From Rickettsia typhi (lineage in GTDB: Bacteria; Pseudomonadota; Alphaproteobacteria; Rickettsiales; UBA1997), in the NCBI GenBank assembly GCA_945865905.1, contig CAMBFC010000007.1, forward strand, positions 7,706-71,705: DNA of 64,000 nt, read 5' to 3'. Position numbers and translations under genes: made by a program. The notes beneath the pieces were generated by a model. The model had not been told where the DNA came from and did not search any database. It worked only from the letters and a program-made list of their open reading frames with translations. Of this stretch, positions 20,664 through 29,161 are shown piece after piece (position 1 is the first letter of the stretch; every line of letters starts with the position of its first letter).

Positions 20664-21353
20664 ATGAAAAAAGCGATAGTTTTATTCAGTGGCGGGCTAG
20701 ATTCTACAACGGTGTTGGCGATAGCCCAAAATGCTGGGTTTGAGGTTTATGCGCTGAGTTTTTCTTATGGGCAACGCCATAAAGTTGAGTTAGATTTTGC
20801 CAAAAAAATCGCACAAAAATCGCGCGTAGCCGAACATAAAATTGCCGAAATTGACCTACGAATCTTTGGCGCATCTGCTTTAACGGCCGAAATAGCGGTG
20901 CCAAAAAATCGTGAATTGGCAGAAAAAAATATTCCAATAACTTATGTTCCAGCGCGCAACACCATCTTTCTATCCTACGCGCTAGCCTATGCAGAGGTTG
21001 TTGGTGCTAGTGATATTTTTATCGGCGTGAACGCGGTTGATTATAGTGGATATCCCGATTGTCGACCAGAATTTATTTTTGCTTTTGAAAAATTAGCAAA
21101 TTTAGCAACTGCTACGGGCTCTACAAAATCAAGTGATTTCAAGATTTGCGCTCCATTAATAAAGATGAGTAAAAAAGAAATCATCGAAGCGGGAATCAAG
21201 TTGGGCGTAGATTATTCAAGCACTTACAGCTGTTATGATCCAATAATTCGCGATAAAGAAGTGCTTTCTTGCGGCAAATGTGATTCTTGTCAACTAAGGC
21301 TGGCAGGCTTTCGCGAGGCTAAAATAGAAGATAAATCCAATTATGTTTCTTAG
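20664..21353 (+). CDS. queC: 7-cyano-7-deazaguanine synthase
   Basis: PP-loop LFSGGLDS and C-terminal zinc cysteines CYDP...CGKCDSC. Confidence 0.92.
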   Translation: MKKAIVLFSGGLDSTTVLAIAQNAGFEVYALSFSYGQRHKVELDFAKKIAQKSRVAEHKIAEIDLRIFGASALTAEIAVPKNRELAEKNIPITYVPARNTIFLSYALAYAEVVGASDIFIGVNAVDYSGYPDCRPEFIFAFEKLANLATATGSTKSSDFKICAPLIKMSKKEIIEAGIKLGVDYSSTYSCYDPIIRDKEVLSCGKCDSCQLRLAGFREAKIEDKSNYVS

Positions 21354-22444
21354 GTAGAAGTTTTTATTCCCCAACATTGTTTTAAACCATTGCTGCAAGA
21401 TATTTTTTTTTCACATCCAGAAAATTTTTCTTCCCCGCAACTTGTGGCTTTTTTGCAAATTTCAACTAGTGATTGAATAAAATGTCCATCACTATTTAGT
21501 GCTGGAACCCTTAGATAATCAATGATCCCCAGCTTTTTTGCCAGATTGTAATAATCAATATCAAGCTCAACCAAGGTTTCAGAATGCTCAGAAACAAAAG
21601 CGACAGGAATTATCACGGGAATTTTTTTATCGAGAGCGCAGCGGCGAATTTCATGTTCAAGGCTGGGACCAGTCCATTGTAGGGGGCCAACCTTTGATTG
21701 ATAGCAAACCTTGATATCTAACTTTGTTGGTTTGTGCCCCTCTTTTTGCAAAAGTTCTTGAAATGTTTCAACGATTTTTATAGTAGTTTGTTCAACTTGA
21801 AAAACATAGGGATCTCCTTTATCTATAACCTTTTGCGGCAATCCATGTGCCGAAAATAAAAAGCGCAAATCAGCTAAATTATCATAATATTTTCCAATAG
21901 TTTGTTTTAGCAATTTAGCATGAGACAAAATAAAATGTGGCTCTTCAAAGTAACAACAGACTTGCTGCATAGGAATTTCGATATCATATTTTTTTTGTGC
22001 AATATCAAATTTTTCAATAAAATCCACAAAAGATGATTCAGTGGTTGTGGTAGAAAATTGTGGGTATAAAGGCAATAGAATCAGGCGCTCAGGTCTATAA
22101 GATAAAATATTTTCTATCACTTGTTTTGACATTGGATGCCAATAGCGCATCGAAACAAAAACTTTAAAATCACCAAAAAATGATAATTCTTTTTCTAAGG
22201 CATGGGCTTGCGCCTCGCTAATATCAAGGATTGGAGACTTTCCGCCAATTTGTTTATAAATATTTTGTGATTTTTTTTCGCGTCGCGAAGAAATAAATTT
22301 TGCCAGCAAAAAACGAAAAGGTTGTGGCAAATTTATAATTGCAGAATCGTTAAAAAGATTGAACAAAAAAGGCTTAACCGAGCTCATTTTATCTGGTCCA
22401 CCAAGATTGAATAATACTATGGCAATTTTTTTTTGATGTCTCAT
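21350..22444 (-). CDS. hemH: Ferrochelatase (with Cys-rich C-terminal tail)
   Basis: N-terminus [13 protein letters not shown], then the region [14 protein letters not shown]. 364 aa, with a C-terminal cysteine cluster. Confidence 0.88.
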   Translation of the reverse strand: MRHQKKIAIVLFNLGGPDKMSSVKPFLFNLFNDSAIINLPQPFRFLLAKFISSRREKKSQNIYKQIGGKSPILDISEAQAHALEKELSFFGDFKVFVSMRYWHPMSKQVIENILSYRPERLILLPLYPQFSTTTTESSFVDFIEKFDIAQKKYDIEIPMQQVCCYFEEPHFILSHAKLLKQTIGKYYDNLADLRFLFSAHGLPQKVIDKGDPYVFQVEQTTIKIVETFQELLQKEGHKPTKLDIKVCYQSKVGPLQWTGPSLEHEIRRCALDKKIPVIIPVAFVSEHSETLVELDIDYYNLAKKLGIIDYLRVPALNSDGHFIQSLVEICKKATSCGEEKFSGCEKKISCSNGLKQCWGIKTST

Positions 22445-23230
22445 TTATTTTTTAATATTAACAAGTGATCCAAAAATAAAGATCACACTCAAAACCAAAA
22501 CCGAAAAGGCTCCAGCAGAAATATTATAATATTGTGCAGTCACGCCAGCAAAGGCGCAAACGACTATTGCACAAATAATACTCAATAACAACATTTGCAA
22601 TGCAGAATTAGCAAATAATCGCGCAATTGCTGCTGGCAAAACAAGCAAAGCAGTAACCAACAAAATCCCGACAATTTTTACAGACATTGCAATTGTAAGG
22701 GTTAATAAAATTAAAAAAATACCATTCCATACATCAATTTTTATACCTTCAATTTTAGCTAAATCATTAGCTAAATTCATTAATAAAATCTTTTTGAAAG
22801 CAAAAATAGCAAAGAAAATTATTGCTAATAAAATAGCTGTTAAAGCAATAATGTCAATATCTCCAACCGATAAAATATTCCCAAAAATATAGTTTGAAAA
22901 ATCGAAATCTTGGCCAGATAGATCATTCACTACAATTGCTAAAGCAACACAAAAATAAGATGAAATTGTGATAATTGTATCTTTCGAAAAATAACGATTT
23001 TGCGCCATCATTCCAACTAATAGTGCAAAAATCATCGCAAAAAAAATTAATGACAAATCGGGATTAAAACTTAGAAATGCTCCAATTGCTGCGCCAAGTA
23101 AAATTGAATGTGAAATTGCGTCGCCAAAATAAGATAATTTTTTCCATAACACAAAAACCCCTAGCAAAGAAGAGGTTGCGGCGGTTAAAATTAATGCTAA
23201 AAAAGGCTTGATAAAAAAGAATGTAGTCAT
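22445..23230 (-). CDS. znuB: Metal (Zn/Mn) ABC transporter permease, ZnuB-like
   Basis: 261-aa polytopic ABC-3 family pattern (LLGVFVLWKKLSYFGDAISHSILLG); abuts hemH. Confidence 0.75.
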   Translation of the reverse strand: MTTFFFIKPFLALILTAATSSLLGVFVLWKKLSYFGDAISHSILLGAAIGAFLSFNPDLSLIFFAMIFALLVGMMAQNRYFSKDTIITISSYFCVALAIVVNDLSGQDFDFSNYIFGNILSVGDIDIIALTAILLAIIFFAIFAFKKILLMNLANDLAKIEGIKIDVWNGIFLILLTLTIAMSVKIVGILLVTALLVLPAAIARLFANSALQMLLLSIICAIVVCAFAGVTAQYYNISAGAFSVLVLSVIFIFGSLVNIKK

Positions 23231-23358
23231 TTTACTTTTTGTATAAATAATTGCAAATCTAAGTATTTTTTAGTTCGCTATTTTTGTATAAATAATTGCT
23301 GGCTATTTCGGTTCGCAATCATATTTTTGGGTAAAAAAATAATTTCAAATCAGAAATC

Positions 23359-23754
23359 ATGCCAGATAAACAGCAAGAATCGTTAATGAGTTTCATGAAA
23401 AAACAAGCTAGCATTAAAGTATCAAAACAGAAGAGCGCTAAAAAATCCATCACTTCTTTAAGTGCAAATAAAGCAAAAAATGATAAAAAGGATGGCGAAA
23501 TCGAGTTTGTTGACGGTGAAGAAATGACCGAAGAGCAAAAATTAGAGGAAGCAAAAAAAGAATCGCGCGGCAAATTAGCTAATGTTGATCAAACAGAAAT
23601 GCTCAAAAAACTTTTTATTGAAAGCATTGCAAAATATGTTTTGTTAATCACTTTATTAGTTGTATCGGCAATTGGCGTTATTAAGCTTGGACCAGTTTTT
23701 CTTGAGTTTTTGCATGGATTATTTTTCAGAGTTTTAGTTAATGGCGCTAAATGA
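23359..23754 (+). CDS. Hypothetical Lys/Glu-rich protein with C-terminal TM segment
   Basis: 131-aa ORF with a charged N-terminal half and one hydrophobic helix (YVLLITLLVVSAIGVI). No family recognised. Confidence 0.45.
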   Translation: MPDKQQESLMSFMKKQASIKVSKQKSAKKSITSLSANKAKNDKKDGEIEFVDGEEMTEEQKLEEAKKESRGKLANVDQTEMLKKLFIESIAKYVLLITLLVVSAIGVIKLGPVFLEFLHGLFFRVLVNGAK

Positions 23755-23831
23755 TCGCGTTTGACTTTTACAAGTTTTCATTTAAATTTAACCCTTTTTA
23801 GTGGTTTGATAATACACAAATTTACCAGCGC

Positions 23832-24839
23832 ATGTCAAAAAAGCCAAAATTAGGACACAACTCTACAGCTGCAAAGCCAGATCTCTCCAAAAAAGATCTG
23901 CTGAAATTTTATGAAGAAATGCTGCTAATTCGTCGTTTTGAAGAAAAAGCAGGGCAGCTTTATGGAATGGGTCTTATCGCTGGTTTTTGTCATCTTTATA
24001 TTGGTCAAGAAGCAATAGCCACAGGCATGCATCATACAATGCAAAAAGGTGATAAAGTTATTACAACTTATCGCGATCACGGCCACATGATTTCTGTTGG
24101 TTCTGATCCAAAAAAAATCATGGCTGAGCTTCTCGGGCGTAAAGATGGATCATCAAAAGGAAAAGGTGGATCAATGCATTTATTCGATCTAGAAAATCAT
24201 TTTTATGGCGGTCACGGAATCGTCGGAGCATCGGTGCCAATTGGTGCAGGGCTTGCCTTTGCTGATAAATATAAAGGCAATAATAATGTTACTTATTGTT
24301 ATTTTGGTGATGGCGCGGCCCATCAGGGACAGGTTTATGAAGCTTTCAACATGGCAAAATTATGGAATTTGCCAGTGCTTTTTATCATTGAAAATAACCA
24401 TTATGCGATGGGAACCTCGCAATCACGCGCCTCTTCAAGCGATGAGCTATGCAGACGAGGTGAGGGATTTAATATTCCCGGTGTAAAAATCAACGGTATG
24501 GATGTTTTTGATGTAATTCGTGATGGGCAGAAATGCGTTGATTTTGTAAGGTCGGGCAAGGGTCCGATGCTTCTTGAGATGGATACTTATCGTTATCGCG
24601 GCCACTCAATGTCTGATCCCGCAACCTATCGCAGCAAAGAAGAAGTCAACTGCAAAAAAGAGCAAGACCCAATAGATTCGCTACGCAAGCACCTTCTAGA
24701 TAATAAAATTGCTTCAGAAATCGAGATCGAAAAAATCGATAACAAAATTAAAAATGAAGTTAATGATATTGTAGAATACGCCAAATCAAGCCCTGAGCCA
24801 GATGAAAGCGAATTAATGACAGAAATTTATAAGGAATAA
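23832..24839 (+). CDS. pdhA: Pyruvate dehydrogenase E1 alpha subunit
   Basis: ThDP motif GDGAAHQGQVYEAFNMAKLWNLPVLFIIENN and the segment YRYRGHSMSDP. Confidence 0.93.
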   Translation: MSKKPKLGHNSTAAKPDLSKKDLLKFYEEMLLIRRFEEKAGQLYGMGLIAGFCHLYIGQEAIATGMHHTMQKGDKVITTYRDHGHMISVGSDPKKIMAELLGRKDGSSKGKGGSMHLFDLENHFYGGHGIVGASVPIGAGLAFADKYKGNNNVTYCYFGDGAAHQGQVYEAFNMAKLWNLPVLFIIENNHYAMGTSQSRASSSDELCRRGEGFNIPGVKINGMDVFDVIRDGQKCVDFVRSGKGPMLLEMDTYRYRGHSMSDPATYRSKEEVNCKKEQDPIDSLRKHLLDNKIASEIEIEKIDNKIKNEVNDIVEYAKSSPEPDESELMTEIYKE

Positions 24840-24842
24840 TTT

Positions 24843-25829
24843 ATGATCAGAAAAATTACAGTTCGTGAAGCCCTTCGCGAGGCCATGGCAGAAGAGATGC
24901 GCACTACACCCGAAGTATTTATTATGGGCGAAGAAGTGGCGGAGTATAACGGTGCATATAAAATTACCCAAGGATTATTGGCAGAATTTGGGCCAAAAAG
25001 AGTAATCGATACGCCAATTACTGAACATGGCTTTACTGGCTTGGCTGTAGGTGCGGCATTTTCTGGCTTAAAGCCAATTGTTGAATTTATGACCTTCAAT
25101 TTTGCGATGCAAGCGATTGATCAAATTATCAATTCTGCGGCAAAAACTTGTTATATGTCTGGTGGGCAAGTTAGTTCACCGATGGTGTTTAGAGGCGCTA
25201 ACGGCGCGGCTTCACGCGTTGGAGCGCAACATTCACAATGTTATGCAGCTTGGTATGGTTCTATTCCGGGGTTAAAAGTGGTTTCTCCCTACAGTGCAGC
25301 GGATTGCAAAGGTTTGTTGAAGGCGGCAATTCGTGATCCAAATCCAGTGGTTTTTCTTGAAAATGAAATCACTTATGGGTTTTCTTTTGAAGAAGAATAT
25401 GATGAAGATCACATTGTTGAAATTGGCAAAGCAAAAATTGTGCGCGAAGGCTCTGATGTTACGATTGTAACTTTTTCACTAATGGTAAAATATGCCTTAG
25501 AAGCGGCAGAGCAACTAGCTGCAGAAGGAATTGAAGCCGAGGTTATCGATTTGCGCACTATTCGCCCGCTTGATCGCGAAACAATCATTGAATCGGTCAA
25601 AAAGACTGGCCGTTGCGTTACTGCAGAAGAAGGATTTCCTTTTGCTTCTGTGGGCAGTGAAATTTCTGCGATGTTGATGGAAGAGGCTTTTGATTATCTT
25701 GATGCGCCGATAAAAAGATTGGCTTCGGTTGATGCGCCATTGCCTTATGCGGCAAACTTAGAGCGCCTTGCTTTGCCAAAGGTAAAAGATATTGTTGCGG
25801 CGGTTAAAGAGGTTTGTTATCCGCGGTAG
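24843..25829 (+). CDS. pdhB: Pyruvate dehydrogenase E1 beta subunit
   Basis: [13 protein letters not shown]...[19 protein letters not shown] is typical of E1 beta; 3 nt after pdhA. Confidence 0.93.
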   Translation: MIRKITVREALREAMAEEMRTTPEVFIMGEEVAEYNGAYKITQGLLAEFGPKRVIDTPITEHGFTGLAVGAAFSGLKPIVEFMTFNFAMQAIDQIINSAAKTCYMSGGQVSSPMVFRGANGAASRVGAQHSQCYAAWYGSIPGLKVVSPYSAADCKGLLKAAIRDPNPVVFLENEITYGFSFEEEYDEDHIVEIGKAKIVREGSDVTIVTFSLMVKYALEAAEQLAAEGIEAEVIDLRTIRPLDRETIIESVKKTGRCVTAEEGFPFASVGSEISAMLMEEAFDYLDAPIKRLASVDAPLPYAANLERLALPKVKDIVAAVKEVCYPR

Positions 25830-25873
25830 GTTTTTGTTGATAAGTTTTAGATCGAGTCGAATTTTTAGAACTC

Positions 25874-26240
25874 TAGATCTCGTCCTCGGCAAGGCTTGAA
25901 GTGAGGGGCTCTGCTGCTCAGACACCGCACCCATCTGATTTAAGCGAGCGTAGCTCGCGATGGGATGCAGAACTCGCCTCAGAGCCCCTCACTTCAAGCC
26001 TTGCCTTTCTTGGGCTTTTGTGGGTTTTTGGCTTTTTGGGTTTGGATTTGTGCATTGATTTATCTGGTATTAATGGTTTTTACACATTATTCGTAAGATA
26101 GATTGATTGTTTGGGGAAGGGGCTCTGAGGCGACTTCTGCGCTTCATCGCAAGCTACGCTTGCTTTAATCAGATGAACTCGGTGTCTGAGCAGCAGAGCC
26201 CCTTCCCCAAACAATCAATCTATTACAAAAACGAGATCTA
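25874..26240. repeat. Composite ~367-bp repeat element: terminus, family-B hairpin B3 (+), T/G-rich spacer, family-B hairpin B4 (-), inverted terminus
   Basis: TAGATCTCGT at 25874 and ACGAGATCTA at 26231-26240 are inverted repeats. B3 is 25888-26005 with perfect 26-nt arms. B4 is 26098-26223 with perfect 30-nt arms. Confidence 0.92.
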
Positions 26241-26252
26241 AACACACCAACT

Positions 26253-26585
26253 ATGAAAATCTACAATTTTGTCAAAAAGCACAATATTTCTAAAGTAGTT
26301 TTCGTTTCTTATTTTGCTTTTTTTGCAGTTATAATTTATTTTTTATTTTGTACTTTTTTTGGTCAAAAAGGCCTGTTTGCCTATGTTGCTTTGCAAAAAA
26401 AAATCGATAATCAAGATTTGATAAAGCAAGAATTATCAAATAAAATGCAAGTGAAAAAAAACATGGTAGAAGGCATGAATGTTGAATCCCTAGACCTTGA
26501 TTTGCTTGATGAAGAGGCGCGCAGAGCGCTTGGATATTCAAACAAAAATGAAGTCGTAATATATAAAAATTCTGAAAAAAAATGA
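26253..26585 (+). CDS. ftsB: Cell division protein FtsB (septum formation initiator family)
   Basis: 110 aa: one TM helix, a coiled-coil segment, and the conserved end ARRALGYSNKNEVVI. Confidence 0.8.
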   Translation: MKIYNFVKKHNISKVVFVSYFAFFAVIIYFLFCTFFGQKGLFAYVALQKKIDNQDLIKQELSNKMQVKKNMVEGMNVESLDLDLLDEEARRALGYSNKNEVVIYKNSEKK

Positions 26586-27208
26586 GCGAATTTTCTTTGA
26601 GCCGTGAAATTTCACGCAAATCATTTCATCTTTTAATTTTACTTTTTCCTGCTGCTTTTTATTTTCTAGGAAAGTGGACAGCCTTGGCAATCATAGCCCC
26701 AATCACTTTAATTGTTTTTTCTGTTGATTATTTTCGTCGCACTAATCCCAAGCTACAATTATATTTTCAAAAGTTTTTTAAAGCGATATTGCGTGAACAT
26801 GAAATCACTGGCGATAAATTTTGTGGAGCCACATGGGCATTGCTTGCAGCCAGCTCAATATTTTTAATCTGCACCGAAGAAATCGCTGTTACTGCCTTTG
26901 TAATTTTGGCAATATCTGATACTTTTGCAGCAATTATTGGCAAAAGTTTTATCAGCAAGCCATTTTTTGAAAAATCAACTTATGGTTCGGCGGCCTTTTA
27001 TATCACTGGTTTGATCGTGCTTTTTGCTTGTGGCGGAATGTTTCATTCAAGATTATGGTTTTATTTATTTGGATTTTTTGCACTTTTTTGTGCCACAATA
27101 ATCGAAGCGCGCCCTAGTTTTTTTGGTGTTGATGATAATTTTTCTGTTCCTGTTAGCTTTGCGGCGATCATGTCATCCTTTGATTTGATATGGAATTATA
27201 GCTACTAA
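26582..27208 (+). CDS. Diacylglycerol/polyprenol kinase family membrane protein (CTP-transferase-1 superfamily)
   Basis: 208-aa polytopic protein with N-terminal EISRKSFHLL motif and ISDTFAAIIGK; 4-nt overlap with ftsB. Confidence 0.45.
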   Translation: MSEFSLSREISRKSFHLLILLFPAAFYFLGKWTALAIIAPITLIVFSVDYFRRTNPKLQLYFQKFFKAILREHEITGDKFCGATWALLAASSIFLICTEEIAVTAFVILAISDTFAAIIGKSFISKPFFEKSTYGSAAFYITGLIVLFACGGMFHSRLWFYLFGFFALFCATIIEARPSFFGVDDNFSVPVSFAAIMSSFDLIWNYSY

Positions 27209-27211
27209 GAA

Positions 27212-29122
27212 ATGCGTTTTTCTAAAGATTTTCCAGATAAATTGAGTTCACAAATTCTTGTTTCTGAAGTTATCGGAAAAAAGGTTAAGCTAAAATTGCG
27301 CGGCAAAGAATTCACTGGTCTTTGTCCTTTTCACAACGAAAAATCTCCCTCTTTTACCGTTAATGATCTTAAAGGATTCTATCACTGTTTTGGCTGCCAA
27401 GCCCACGGGGATGTGGTTAGCTTTACTATGCAAAGTGAAGGATTAGAGTTTGCTGATGCCATAAAAAAACTAGCTGATGATCACGGAATCGCGATTCCAC
27501 AAGTAAAATTTGATATTGTTCGAGAAGAAAAAGTTGATCGCGATTATTTAATTCTTGAAAAAATAAACAGTTTTTTTGAAAAAAATCTACAAGAATCAAC
27601 TGGGCGCGAAGCCAGATCTTATATAGCTAAACGCGGTTTAAGTGCAGAGATAGTTAAAAAATTTCGTCTTGGATATTCTCTAAGTTCTTACGATGCGTTG
27701 CATAAATTTTTATCTGCAGCAGGCTTTGCAGAGGCAGAAATACTGCGCAGCGGGGTTATTGCAAAAAATGATCAGCAAAAAATTTACGATAAATTTCGCA
27801 ATCGAGTAATTTTTCCTATCACTGATAAAAAAAATCGCATCATTGCTTTTGGCGGCCGAGTGCTTGCGGCAGAAGACATGCCAAAATATCTTAATTCTGC
27901 TGAAACTGAAATTTTCAAAAAAAATCAAACACTTTATAATATTTTTAACGCAAGAAAACCAATCTTCGAAAAAAAATATGCAGTAGTAGTAGAAGGCTAT
28001 ATGGATGTGATTTCATTGGTCGCAAGCGGTATCGAAAATGTTGTGGCGGGATTAGGAACCGCGTTTGGCGAAAATCATTTGCGTGAACTTTTTTTAATTA
28101 CCGATAAAATTGTAATCTGTTTGGATGGCGACAGCGCTGGTTTGAGGGCGGCTAAGCGTGTTGCAGAAATTGCTTTGCCTTTAATTAGTAGCAAAAAAAA
28201 TATCAGTTTTACATTTTTGCCCAACCAGTTAGATCCCGATGATTTTGTAAAAACTTTTGGCGCCGCAAAACTTGAAGAAAATTTTATTAACTCAGTGAAT
28301 CTATCGCAAGCCATGATAGAGTTCACTCTGCTTGATTTAGGATTAGAGAAAAAAACTGAAATTAGCGCTGAAGATAAAGCAAAAATTGAAGCGGAATTAA
28401 CCAAAAAAACCGCGCTAATAAATGATGCTACCACAAAAAAATATTTCGCTTTATTTTTTAAAGATGCATTATTTTCTCTTGGCAGAGTATCGTTTAAAAA
28501 TGATAAAAAATCAGCTCGGGGCCAAGCGGGCAAAGATTCTAAGAAATCACTATTTTCAGAAAAATCAGCAAATAATTCGACGCATAATTTTGGCAATTTA
28601 ATCCCAACAATTTATGCCAAACCAAGCAACGCCTCTGATCATTTGGCAAAAAATATTATCGCTTTAATCATCAAGTTTCCACAATTAGCGCATCATAGGG
28701 ATGAGAATTTTGACATTAAAGAGATCAGTTTTTTGAACGATAAACTCTCTAATATCAAGGATGTGGCCATAGAATTTGTTGATAATGATGATGCGATAAC
28801 GACAGAAATACTGCTCTCAAGCCTAGAGAATGCTGATTTGGAGGGCGATTTTGCCGATATAAAAAATCTTCTTGCAACCATGCCTAGCCTTGATTTACAA
28901 TATGAAGAATCTGGCATTGCACAAATTAGCCAAAAGATGAGCCTTTTGCTCTTAAAAGAATTACTGCTTCAAGTTGATCAACAATATAAACAATCTTTGT
29001 CAAAAATTGACGAGATCGAAACTTATCAAACAACGATAATTAATGAAAAAATAAAAGAAATTTTTGCTTATAGAAATATGCTTGAGCAAAAAATTTTAGC
29101 GCTAGAAAAAGATTTAATTTAG
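27212..29122 (+). CDS. dnaG: DNA primase
   Basis: Zinc finger CPFHNEKSPSFTV...YHCFGCQAHGD, RNA polymerase core, TOPRIM VVVEGYMDV...LDGDSAG. Confidence 0.95.
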   Translation: MRFSKDFPDKLSSQILVSEVIGKKVKLKLRGKEFTGLCPFHNEKSPSFTVNDLKGFYHCFGCQAHGDVVSFTMQSEGLEFADAIKKLADDHGIAIPQVKFDIVREEKVDRDYLILEKINSFFEKNLQESTGREARSYIAKRGLSAEIVKKFRLGYSLSSYDALHKFLSAAGFAEAEILRSGVIAKNDQQKIYDKFRNRVIFPITDKKNRIIAFGGRVLAAEDMPKYLNSAETEIFKKNQTLYNIFNARKPIFEKKYAVVVEGYMDVISLVASGIENVVAGLGTAFGENHLRELFLITDKIVICLDGDSAGLRAAKRVAEIALPLISSKKNISFTFLPNQLDPDDFVKTFGAAKLEENFINSVNLSQAMIEFTLLDLGLEKKTEISAEDKAKIEAELTKKTALINDATTKKYFALFFKDALFSLGRVSFKNDKKSARGQAGKDSKKSLFSEKSANNSTHNFGNLIPTIYAKPSNASDHLAKNIIALIIKFPQLAHHRDENFDIKEISFLNDKLSNIKDVAIEFVDNDDAITTEILLSSLENADLEGDFADIKNLLATMPSLDLQYEESGIAQISQKMSLLLLKELLLQVDQQYKQSLSKIDEIETYQTTIINEKIKEIFAYRNMLEQKILALEKDLI

Positions 29123-29161
29123 GGTTTTCCCTGATTCAATACAAACTAACAAAAAACTACG

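Noticed and set aside
25901-26101. Small ORFs running through repeat cores (also 35957-36139 minus and 54287-54481 plus), sharing the peptide ALRRVLR.IASYACLNQM.AVSEQQS
   Set aside because: The shared peptide only reflects one open frame of the conserved B core. The ORFs start and stop in unrelated arm sequence and have no RBS. The elements are intergenic, unlike Rickettsia RPEs, which sit in-frame inside genes.
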